Of a stretch of DNA of 64,000 nucleotides, positions 18,390-26,457 are shown one piece after another (within the stretch, counting starts at the first letter, position 1; every line of letters begins with the position of its first letter). Source of the stretch: Candidatus Poseidoniaceae archaeon. GTDB lineage: Archaea > Thermoplasmatota > Poseidoniia > Poseidoniales > Poseidoniaceae. Under the pieces are notes generated by a model that did no database searches, was not told the DNA's origin, and saw only the letters and a program-made list of their open reading frames with translations. The position numbers and the translations under genes were made by a program. Location: positions 1,825 to 65,824 of the forward strand of contig CAXPMI010000041.1 in assembly GCA_964218365.1 (NCBI GenBank), in the 5' to 3' direction.

Positions 18390-18483
18390 TTGATAGAACG
18401 TGATATGGTGCCACTATCAAGCGTCGGCTTGATATGTAGGACCAATGTGGGTACAGAATAAGGCGTAGCCTTAGGTGAGAGAA

Positions 18484-19449
18484 ATGTCCGATGCAGGAAC
18501 CATCACTCCAGAAACTCAAATCAAAGAACTCACAGAGAAACTTGAGGAAGAAACAGACCGTTTGCTCAAGTTGTATGCTGCATATGAGCAGCAAGAAGCA
18601 GAGTTGAGAGATACCAAGGCTGAAGTTGAAGTTCTTGAGAAAGAAATCGTAGAACGTGAAATCGAAAAAGAGAGTCTTGAGGCTCTATTAACTGAAAAAG
18701 ACGCAAGGATCAGAGACTTGGAAATGAAGGCTAGTAAATCTAGCAAGCAGGTTGAGCACTTAGAACCAGAACTTCAGAAGATGGAAGAAAAATTCACTCG
18801 TGAAAAGGACCGCCTTGGAAAGGTATTCTCCATTGCTGAAGAATTGGACAATGACCTACGTCTAGCTGTTGTTGAACTTAACACCAGAGACGAATGGTAC
18901 ATGGCTCACATGTCTCTATTCGAGGACCTTAACAAAGCAATCAAGCGCCGCTATGAGATGATTGAGGCGGCTGCCGAAGCAGAGAGACAATCTCAGCACA
19001 TGGGCAGAGCAATTACGGAAAGAATGGAGGAAATGGTCGAAGCACGTGCTGCTGAAATGACCATCGAAGAAGCATCAGAAATCGAATCCACAACATCCGA
19101 ATCTGCTCCTGAAGCAACAGAAGAATCAGCGACAGAGGAAACTGCAGAAGATGAATGGAATTGGTCTGAGCAAGTCCTTCTTGGCGTTATGCAGAAGAAC
19201 GGAATTACTGACAGAGACGCATTCATCGAGTTCGCCAAGTCATACGATATGGACGGAAACAAGTATCTCAAGGGTTCAGAACTAGGTGCTGCAGCTGCAG
19301 ACTTTGTAGCAAAGGACGCACCTGTAGAAGAAGCGCCTGCTGAGGAAGCAGCAGTCGAAGAGCCTGCAGCAGAAGAATCCACAGAAAGTGAAGACAAAGA
19401 GCCAGCAGTCGTTTGGAGAAATTCCGGTGACTCAGAGAATTCTCAGTAG
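18484..19449 (+). CDS. Coiled-coil protein with acidic C-terminal half and one EF-hand-like loop
   Basis: ATG 18484 preceded by AGGTGAG. The first ~170 aa are heptad-like and E/K/L-rich. Loop DMDGNKYLKGSE has Asp/Asn at positions 1, 3 and 5 and Glu at 12, but Lys at 6. E/A/P-rich tail. Confidence 0.5.
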   Translation: MSDAGTITPETQIKELTEKLEEETDRLLKLYAAYEQQEAELRDTKAEVEVLEKEIVEREIEKESLEALLTEKDARIRDLEMKASKSSKQVEHLEPELQKMEEKFTREKDRLGKVFSIAEELDNDLRLAVVELNTRDEWYMAHMSLFEDLNKAIKRRYEMIEAAAEAERQSQHMGRAITERMEEMVEARAAEMTIEEASEIESTTSESAPEATEESATEETAEDEWNWSEQVLLGVMQKNGITDRDAFIEFAKSYDMDGNKYLKGSELGAAAADFVAKDAPVEEAPAEEAAVEEPAAEESTESEDKEPAVVWRNSGDSENSQ

Positions 19450-19458
19450 GTGAGTTAG

Positions 19459-20298
19459 TTGGCTTTCTTGGCCAGAGGCGGTTTTCTGCCAGTAATCACT
19501 CCCGCACTCATGGGTACTGGATTTATTCTGGTTGGTTGGTTTGTTGACCCACTTTACGGCTTAGCACCAGGATTTGGAGTCCTGATGTTGATGCTTGCAG
19601 CATTCTTTGCTAATTTCTGGCGAGACCCAGACCGACCAATTCCAAGAGATGAGGGAATCATTGTATCTCCAGCCGATGGACACGTAATGTTTGCAAAGAG
19701 AGAGAGAGCGACAGGACGAAGGCCATCCAACGAAGAAATGGCGAATGCTGAGGAAGACGAACATACTGGAACTTGGCACCCTGAACCGTGTGAAAATCCA
19801 CTCTCTTTCTCTACAGAACAAAGATTCGAGGCAGTACCCGAAGGTGAAGAATCGGACACGGATGTTTGGAGAATCGCAGTTTTCATGTCTCCACTCGACG
19901 TTCACGTAAACCGCTCACCAATCGCTGGAAAGATCATTAGAATGGAACATAGAACAGGAAAAGGCCGCAAAAGAGGCCCTTTCCTGCCTGCATTCCGTAA
20001 GGAAAGCGAATACAATGAGAGGGTTAGAACTCTGTTTGAGAGAGAAGATGGCTTGATTGTCGAAGTCATGCAAATTTCAGGTGCACTTGCTCGCACAATA
20101 ATTCCATGGACTGGAGAAGGAGATGAACTCAGACGTGGAGAAAGATTTGGAATGATTAGACTAGGAAGCAGAGTCGATGTTCGAGTACCTGCATCGAAGT
20201 TCACACCGAACGTTATCAGTGCCGAAGACGGTCACAAGGACCATCCTAAAGGCGAGTTTGTAAAAGCAGGTTCAACAATTTTGTACAGAGGGATTTGA
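19459..20298 (+). CDS. psd: Phosphatidylserine (archaetidylserine) decarboxylase proenzyme, small type
   Basis: PADGHV and the self-cleavage-type motif IRLGSRVDV. TTG 19459 lies 6 nt after AGGTGA. Contains an acidic insertion of about 60 aa. Confidence 0.8.
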   Translation: MAFLARGGFLPVITPALMGTGFILVGWFVDPLYGLAPGFGVLMLMLAAFFANFWRDPDRPIPRDEGIIVSPADGHVMFAKRERATGRRPSNEEMANAEEDEHTGTWHPEPCENPLSFSTEQRFEAVPEGEESDTDVWRIAVFMSPLDVHVNRSPIAGKIIRMEHRTGKGRKRGPFLPAFRKESEYNERVRTLFEREDGLIVEVMQISGALARTIIPWTGEGDELRRGERFGMIRLGSRVDVRVPASKFTPNVISAEDGHKDHPKGEFVKAGSTILYRGI

Positions 20299-21353
20299 TG
20301 GGAGTCAAAAAAGAATTGATGCCTTTTTTTGTTATGTTATTTGCAATGCTGCCTTTTGGATACTACATGGCAGGCTCAATAGTTTACAATGGTGTGGCAT
20401 TCACTAACACTGACTGTTGGGGTAATTTTGATCAAAACACTCCTGAACAGTTCGCGCCTTTAAGAAACGAGGTGCCATTGAATGAATCAGAAAATCCAGA
20501 AAATATCTCGTCTGAAATCATGACAGGACTCTCTGATTATTGGTGGCATGGTTACGAGTCTGCAACAATAAATGTCGAAAGTGAAGATATCTACCTTTCT
20601 GCGTGGTATCTAAAACAAAACGAATCGATGCCTTGGGTTATGTTCGTGCATGGCATAAGAGGTTGCAAAGCAGATGGGTCAATATTGCTACCGTCGGGAA
20701 TGCTTGCGAACGCTGGATTCAATGTGATAGTTTTCGATTTAAGGGATCACGGTGAGTCTTCTTTAGACGATGACCGTGTATCGGGTGGACAAGATGAATG
20801 GGTGGACGTGATTGCGATTTTCGATTGGCTTGTCGAAGAACAAAACGCAGATCCAGACAAGATCGGTGTTTATGGAAATTCAATGGGAGCAGGGACTGCC
20901 GCAATCGCATTCACATTAGATGAAAGAATCCAATCCGTTTGGTTAGAATCTGGTTACTCGGACATGGGCGACATTGTCGTCGAAGAGTTAGAATTTCAGG
21001 GATATCCAACATTTTTGGGGCCAGCTGGTATTTTTGCGGGCAAGATAATTGCAAATCAAAATTTAATAGAACATTTCCCGATAGATGCAGCAACAGAAAT
21101 TGGGGACAGACACATGTATGTTGTTCATGGAAATCAAGACAAGAGAGTACGTGTTCATCACGGAGAAAAAATGTGTAACGAAGCATTAGAGCATGGTAAC
21201 GAAAGCAAAATCACGTGTTGGTTTGATGATTCTGTAATTCGTTATGATGTTGGAAGAGGTATGGAAAGCGACGAACATCAAACTCTCATGCTGACACAAA
21301 CTAGCGAATACGAAATCAGAATCGTTGATTTCTTCTCGAATTCGCTCATGTAA
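20298..21353 (+). CDS. Membrane-anchored alpha/beta hydrolase
   Basis: ATG 20298 overlaps the psd stop (TGATG). N-terminal TM FFVMLFAMLPFGYYMAGSIV. GxSxG elbow GNSMGAG. HGNQD near the C-terminus. Confidence 0.7.
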   Translation: MGVKKELMPFFVMLFAMLPFGYYMAGSIVYNGVAFTNTDCWGNFDQNTPEQFAPLRNEVPLNESENPENISSEIMTGLSDYWWHGYESATINVESEDIYLSAWYLKQNESMPWVMFVHGIRGCKADGSILLPSGMLANAGFNVIVFDLRDHGESSLDDDRVSGGQDEWVDVIAIFDWLVEEQNADPDKIGVYGNSMGAGTAAIAFTLDERIQSVWLESGYSDMGDIVVEELEFQGYPTFLGPAGIFAGKIIANQNLIEHFPIDAATEIGDRHMYVVHGNQDKRVRVHHGEKMCNEALEHGNESKITCWFDDSVIRYDVGRGMESDEHQTLMLTQTSEYEIRIVDFFSNSLM

Positions 21354-21382
21354 ACATATTAATTGAATTCAGGGGAATAAAA

Positions 21383-22549
21383 ATGTCTAGTGGCAAGTTG
21401 ACTATGGTTGGAGATGCTGACAAGAAGCCAGCTAGAATCCACGATTTAGTCAAAGCACCAGCGAACACTCCATGGGCTCAGGAAAGAAAGCACTCCTGGG
21501 ATGCAAGATACCCTGCAACGGTCTACTACACACCTGAAACGCTTGCTGATGGGACGCCCACCACCGCTTTAACCGTCATTTTGAGAACAAAAGGCTGCCA
21601 TTGGTGGTGGTCGAGTGGTTGTACATTCTGCGGTTATTTCAACGACACTCGTGACGATGTAACAAGCGAAGACCTTCATTCTCAGTGGGAAAAATCGTTG
21701 GCAAAATTCGATGATTTTGATTCGATGGGCATGGTAAAAGTCTACACCTCAGGGAGTCTTCTTGAAGATCGGGAAATACCAATCGATTTCCAAGAGAGAG
21801 TTTTGAGAGATTGTCATGAGATGGGCAAAGAGTTGGTCGTCGAAAGCAGAACAGAACAACTCAGTGAGGAAAAACTGTCTTGGGCTACAAAAATCAATCC
21901 AAAATTTTCTGTAGCAATCGGTCTCGAAGCATATGATGATGAAGTTTTGAGATTCCATGTCAATAAAGGATTCAGCACAAAAAGTTGGGATAGAGCTGTT
22001 GAAAACCTAGAGAAATTCGGTCTGAGAATCAAGACATATCTGATGTTTAAACCTCCATTCATGAGTGAAGGAGATGCTTTGACTCATGGCGCAAAATGGA
22101 TCAGAGACGTAGCAGAAAGAAGTGATGAAATAAGCGTGAATCCAATGAATATCCAAAAAGGCACAGTAATCGATAGATTGTTCCGTGCAAACGAATACCG
22201 CCCGCCTTGGTTGTGGTCACTTATTCAATTGATTAAAGACGTTCATTATGATATCCACCCGACCAATTCAGGAAATGGTTCAGATGACCAAGTCAGCCGA
22301 TTAATAATCCATCCAACCGCTGGAGGCAAAGTCCGTGGCGCCCACAACTGTGGGTCATGCGACGATGAGGTTGTAGCAGCCATTGAGAGATATTCTGTTA
22401 GCGGTGATATTCACGATTTGGATGGTCTGTCATGCGATTGCCAAGGTGTGTGGAAGACTGAGGTGGAATTAGACCAGAGGATGCCGATTCCACTAGGGTC
22501 GGGTAAAAATCGCAGAGGAGATGCGCTTTTGCATCTCCGTTCACCATGA
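21383..22549 (+). CDS. Radical SAM protein, RaSEA-like (archaeosine biosynthesis family)
   Basis: Cys motif GCHWWWSSGCTFCGY followed by a TIM-barrel-like core. 388 aa. Resemblance to the archaeal RaSEA family is from memory and unverified. Confidence 0.5.
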   Translation: MSSGKLTMVGDADKKPARIHDLVKAPANTPWAQERKHSWDARYPATVYYTPETLADGTPTTALTVILRTKGCHWWWSSGCTFCGYFNDTRDDVTSEDLHSQWEKSLAKFDDFDSMGMVKVYTSGSLLEDREIPIDFQERVLRDCHEMGKELVVESRTEQLSEEKLSWATKINPKFSVAIGLEAYDDEVLRFHVNKGFSTKSWDRAVENLEKFGLRIKTYLMFKPPFMSEGDALTHGAKWIRDVAERSDEISVNPMNIQKGTVIDRLFRANEYRPPWLWSLIQLIKDVHYDIHPTNSGNGSDDQVSRLIIHPTAGGKVRGAHNCGSCDDEVVAAIERYSVSGDIHDLDGLSCDCQGVWKTEVELDQRMPIPLGSGKNRRGDALLHLRSP

Positions 22550-22594
22550 CATTTGTTAGTGAATGTTTATGACCGTATCATCGGTGGCGTAAAT

Positions 22595-22609
22595 GACCCC
22601 TACGGGGTC
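22595..22609. promoter_or_regulatory. GC hairpin GACCCC-TAC-GGGGTC, 12 nt upstream of the ATG at 22621
   Basis: Perfect 6-bp stem with a 3-nt loop, followed by the AAGGTGA SD box. The core ACCCCTACGGGGT is the reverse complement of the core at 55240-55252. Confidence 0.35.
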
Positions 22610-22620
22610 AAGGTGATGAG

Positions 22621-22893
22621 ATGACGAATAACACTATACTGCCCGATGTATCTGAAGGAGTCGCAGAACCCTCTGCATCTCGTGTAATTCTTGTCTTGAT
22701 GAGCGTTGGTCTTGTTGGCCTAATCGCCTTATTTAGCAACATTTTCGGTTGGGATACAGTTCCAGTAATTGGCGACATAATTCCGTTCATGGATAACCTA
22801 GGTGGCTCAGGAATCTGGTACTACCTCATTGGTATCCTTGTCGGTTGTGGAATGATCGTCGCAAATCTAGTTGGAGGCGTCCTTTCGGACTGA
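22621..22893 (+). CDS. Small two-TM membrane protein
   Basis: 90 aa. Helices VILVLMSVGLVGLIALF and IWYYLIGILVGCGMIVANLV. GGTGA box upstream. Immediately precedes the large membrane protein. Confidence 0.55.
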   Translation: MTNNTILPDVSEGVAEPSASRVILVLMSVGLVGLIALFSNIFGWDTVPVIGDIIPFMDNLGGSGIWYYLIGILVGCGMIVANLVGGVLSD

Positions 22894-22906
22894 AGGTGGG
22901 ATACAA

Positions 22907-25111
22907 ATGTCAGAAGCATTCACAACATCTGGAATCTTACTTGCAACAATCCTTCTGTTCACTTATTACATTCAGAAGGGATTTGGCGGAATGAGTGTAC
23001 CATTGCGCCAATTTGGTATGTTCTTATTGACCAAAGCTGCCGGTCCAGCAGCCGATTTATTCCAAGAAAGGGAAGGTAGCGGTGCAAAGACTTGGATGCA
23101 AACCGGTGTATTCTGGTTAATCCTCGCTGGTGTAGGCGGTTTCCTGTCTGCTTGGCATAATTACGACCCAACCGCACTTGATTCCCTTTCCAACATCGGA
23201 TGGGGATATGATGATGGAAGTGCACTTGCTTACTTCAACGAAGTAGCAATGTCAACCGCAATATTCGCAATTCTGGTTGGTGGTGCTTTGGTAGCGCACA
23301 CTCGCACAACAGGTGCAAAGTTAGCCAGTGAAGCAAACGCTTCGATGATTGCGATGGCATGGACTGCTCAAGTTCTAGTCGGACTTGTTTTGTGCGTTCT
23401 AAACCACTGGGATTGGATTGTATACGGAACTAGTGAAGCCGCACTGTACGGATTGGTTTCCGGACTTCTTGTTCTAAGCCTTCTAGTCAACTCACTGATC
23501 ACTCTTGGAAGCAGAGGCAACTCACCGATTTCTGTACCATCGTGGTTCTTGGTCCTTGCACTATTTGTTCTAATTTTCAGCAGATTTGCAAATGCACTTG
23601 GCGAGACACTAGACTGGACAGGAACAGTTTGGGTTGCTGGTGTAATGGCCTCGGGATGGGTTCCATTGGCACTGATGTTCGGTGTTGGATACCACGTTCT
23701 ATCCCATGTTACCGGACAACCAATTTGGTCAGGAAGCATGACAAAGGCTTCCATGCTTCTTCTATTCGTAACAATTCCACCATTCTTCCTTACAGAATCC
23801 ACACACGCTGACAACTTCACTCAGTCGATTGGTGCGATTCTAGTGACAGTTGGATTGATGCCAATCATGGCAGCATCCGCAAACATGCTTGCAACAATCA
23901 GAGGCAATGCAAGTGCCGTGGTTGACAGCCCAGGTGCAACTGCAGCAGCAGGAGCAGCAATTTTACTTCCAATCTATGCACTTCTTGGTTATTTCACCGG
24001 ACTGAATGTCATGGTTGGAGACGGTAGTCTTGCAGGTGTTGCAGACACAGTCAACTCTTCTTATCTCTACGTAATTGGAGGACTATTTGCACTAGCAGCA
24101 CTTTTCCATTCATATCCACTAGCATCCGGAAAATCATTGACAGGTTCTGCTGGTACAGCAACTTGGATGGTAATTGCAGGCGGATTACTTTCCACAATTC
24201 TGTTCTTAATGAGTGACTGGACTGAAAAGTCACTTATCGATGCTGAGGTAGAGGACTTATCCACCCTTTCTGGATTCGCTCTAACTGGAGCATTTGCGTT
24301 CTATGGTGTAGTAATTGGTTTCATCCTAGCAGGAAACAGCGTTGTCAAGACACTACTGTTTGGAAACGTACAGGCTTCTGGAACATCAAACACAAGCGAC
24401 ATCTCTGCATACAACTTGGTTGAGGGCACGACAACAATCAGAGCATTGTTCGGCCGCGGAGTTGGAATTGACACCACACTGATTATCGGCGAATCTGAGG
24501 AAGAAGGCTCAAGCGGGTCTACAGTAATCGAAGTGTCCGCAGATCTTCACAACGACGAAGTTGACGAATTCCCAGTTTCCTTTGACGAAGACCTAGTGAA
24601 ATTGACAGAGTGGCTGTGTGGTAGAGGCACAACAACTGCTCAGTTCTTCTCTTGGGCAGATGTTGATAACTCTGGTGAAATCGACATGTTCGAGTTCGCT
24701 AATGCACTACGTGTTGCAGACATCGCAGACTTGCCTCCATGGGACATCGAGGAATTAGTCAAGGTAATGGACATCAACTCAGACGGTAGAATCAACCTAC
24801 CAGAATTAGACATCGCTCTACTAAATATTCGAAACACTCTAGGCATCGAATTCGTACCATTCGAAGAAGAAACAACTGAAGAAGAAGTTGCTGAAGAGGA
24901 AGCCATAGAGGAAGAAGCCGTTGAAGAAGCGACTGAGGAAGCAACTGAGGAAGCGGATGATGAGGCAGCGGAAGAAGATGCAACAGAAGCTCCTTCGGAA
25001 GCAGAACTCAAGAAGATGAAGAAGGCAGAATTGGTAGAAGTTGCAGACTCAATGGGTCTAGACACATCGGGAACCAAGGCTGACTTGATTGAGAGAATAA
25101 CCAAGGCGTGA
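22907..25111 (+). CDS. Polytopic membrane protein with C-terminal EF-hand pair, acidic linker and SAP/Rho_N-like helix-extended-helix tail
   Basis: ATG 22907 follows GAAGGTGGG. More than 10 hydrophobic helices over about 520 aa. Canonical EF loops DVDNSGEIDMFE (24659-24694) and DINSDGRINLPE (24770-24805). E-rich stretch. Tail KKAELVEVADSMGLDTSGTKADLIERI. Confidence 0.65.
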   Translation: MSEAFTTSGILLATILLFTYYIQKGFGGMSVPLRQFGMFLLTKAAGPAADLFQEREGSGAKTWMQTGVFWLILAGVGGFLSAWHNYDPTALDSLSNIGWGYDDGSALAYFNEVAMSTAIFAILVGGALVAHTRTTGAKLASEANASMIAMAWTAQVLVGLVLCVLNHWDWIVYGTSEAALYGLVSGLLVLSLLVNSLITLGSRGNSPISVPSWFLVLALFVLIFSRFANALGETLDWTGTVWVAGVMASGWVPLALMFGVGYHVLSHVTGQPIWSGSMTKASMLLLFVTIPPFFLTESTHADNFTQSIGAILVTVGLMPIMAASANMLATIRGNASAVVDSPGATAAAGAAILLPIYALLGYFTGLNVMVGDGSLAGVADTVNSSYLYVIGGLFALAALFHSYPLASGKSLTGSAGTATWMVIAGGLLSTILFLMSDWTEKSLIDAEVEDLSTLSGFALTGAFAFYGVVIGFILAGNSVVKTLLFGNVQASGTSNTSDISAYNLVEGTTTIRALFGRGVGIDTTLIIGESEEEGSSGSTVIEVSADLHNDEVDEFPVSFDEDLVKLTEWLCGRGTTTAQFFSWADVDNSGEIDMFEFANALRVADIADLPPWDIEELVKVMDINSDGRINLPELDIALLNIRNTLGIEFVPFEEETTEEEVAEEEAIEEEAVEEATEEATEEADDEAAEEDATEAPSEAELKKMKKAELVEVADSMGLDTSGTKADLIERITKA

Positions 25112-25115
25112 TGCA

Positions 25116-26390
25116 ATGCGAATTGGCTTGGTAGGTAAGCCAAACGTAGGCAAATCGACCTTTTTCAGTGCTGCTACATTAGCGAAGGTTGACATTGCAA
25201 ACTATCCATTCTGTACCATTGAAGCAAATGTTGGTGTCGCATTTATTGCGGCACCACAACCTTGCCCATGTAAAGAATTACGAGTAAAATTAGAGTCAGA
25301 TGGCCGCCTTGAGCCAGCCGCTGAGGATGATGATAGGCAGGGGAGTATTTGTGAGCCAAGAACAGGTTCTTGCATTGGCCACGTGCGCCTTGTTCCTACT
25401 TTCCTAGTCGATGTAGCAGGCCTTGTCCCTGGCGCTGCAGAAGGAAGGGGAAGAGGAAACGCCTTCCTTTCTGACTTGGCTAATTGTGATGCCCTAATTC
25501 AGGTAGTAGATGCAGCTGGACTAACCGACATTGAAGGCAATCCAATTGCAGCAGTTAGCGATGTTGAATCAGCATTGAAAGATGAGACATCATTCCTAAC
25601 CGAAGAATTAGATTCATGGATTTACGGAATTCTTGACGATGGATGGTCAAGAGGTTCGCGTCGAGTACAAGCAGAAGGGGAGAAAGGACTCAGCACATTC
25701 CTGCATGAGAGATTCACTGGTTTAGGCGCATCACTACCTTTGGTGCTTCAAGCACTTGATGAATTTAGAAATCAGTGGGGTGATTTGGATACTCCTTGGA
25801 TGTGGTCAGAGGAGAAAATGAGATCACTTTCTTACCACATACGTCGCCAATTATTCCCAATTCATATTTCAGCAAATAAGGCTGACTCGGCCAAAGGTAC
25901 ACCTTGGAATGCAATCGAGTCAAATGGCATTATCCAACCAACGATGGCGGATATGGAACTGGCCCTGCGAAGAGCCGACTCTGGCGGCATGATTTCTTAC
26001 AACCCTGGAGAAGATACATTCGAAATTCAGGATGAGTCGAAATTGAACTCTGCCCAATTGAATGCATTAGCAGGAATGAAGGAGAAACTGTCTGAAGCAG
26101 GAGGCACTGGTGTTGCCCAATTGCTTAGCAAAGTTTTGTTCGATGCACTCGACCATGTTGTTGTCTATCCAGTAGCTGATGAAAACGGTTGGAAGGATGG
26201 AGAAGGAAGAGTTCTTCCCGATGCATTTGTAGTTCCAAATAATATCGAAGCCAAGCAACTGGCTTACAAGGTTCATTCAGACCTTGGAGACGGCTTCATC
26301 AAAGCTGTAGATGGTCGAAGCCGCAGAGTAGTAGGTGCAGATCACGAATGCAGTGATAGCGACGTAATCAAAATCCACGCCAAATCATAG
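25116..26390 (+). CDS. Obg/YchF-family P-loop GTPase with C-terminal TGS-like domain
   Basis: P-loop GKPNVGKST, DVAGLV, NKAD. N-terminal YPFCTIEANVG as in YchF/OLA1. CxC...Cx6C insertion at residues 50-86. Confidence 0.8.
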   Translation: MRIGLVGKPNVGKSTFFSAATLAKVDIANYPFCTIEANVGVAFIAAPQPCPCKELRVKLESDGRLEPAAEDDDRQGSICEPRTGSCIGHVRLVPTFLVDVAGLVPGAAEGRGRGNAFLSDLANCDALIQVVDAAGLTDIEGNPIAAVSDVESALKDETSFLTEELDSWIYGILDDGWSRGSRRVQAEGEKGLSTFLHERFTGLGASLPLVLQALDEFRNQWGDLDTPWMWSEEKMRSLSYHIRRQLFPIHISANKADSAKGTPWNAIESNGIIQPTMADMELALRRADSGGMISYNPGEDTFEIQDESKLNSAQLNALAGMKEKLSEAGGTGVAQLLSKVLFDALDHVVVYPVADENGWKDGEGRVLPDAFVVPNNIEAKQLAYKVHSDLGDGFIKAVDGRSRRVVGADHECSDSDVIKIHAKS

Positions 26391-26457
26391 GCTAGTCCCT
26401 GAGTAATCCCCTTGTGAAGATACGCAGCCCCCTGCAAACTTTCTTTAGCCTCTAGTC

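Noticed and set aside
18390-18420. Inverted repeat TTGATAG...CTATCAA right after the pip stop as a terminator
   Set aside because: A 7-bp AT-rich stem with a 17-nt loop is weak, and no oligo-T tract follows. Not convincing as an archaeal terminator.
22907-24500. Idea that the large membrane protein is a haem-copper oxidase/NorB-like subunit
   Set aside because: It has several TM histidines (for example GYHVLSHV) but lacks the HH pair and H-x-H pattern, and the helix spacing of haem-copper oxidases. No support.
24850-24990. GAA/GAG-rich stretch that looks like a tandem DNA repeat
   Set aside because: No fixed repeat unit. It is low-complexity coding for an E/A/T-rich linker, not a micro- or minisatellite.
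24640-25143. 167-aa Ser-rich ORF antisense to the acidic tail of the EF-hand membrane protein (and the similar 134-aa ORF at 18993-19397)
   Set aside because: GAA/GAG-rich sense codons read as TTC/CTC Ser/Ala/Leu runs on the other strand. Compositional artefact.
25263-25373. CxC...Cx6C insertion in the YchF/Obg-like GTPase as a novel zinc module
   Set aside because: I recall similar Cys knuckles in archaeal members of this GTPase family, so it is probably a lineage-typical feature. I cannot verify this without an alignment.
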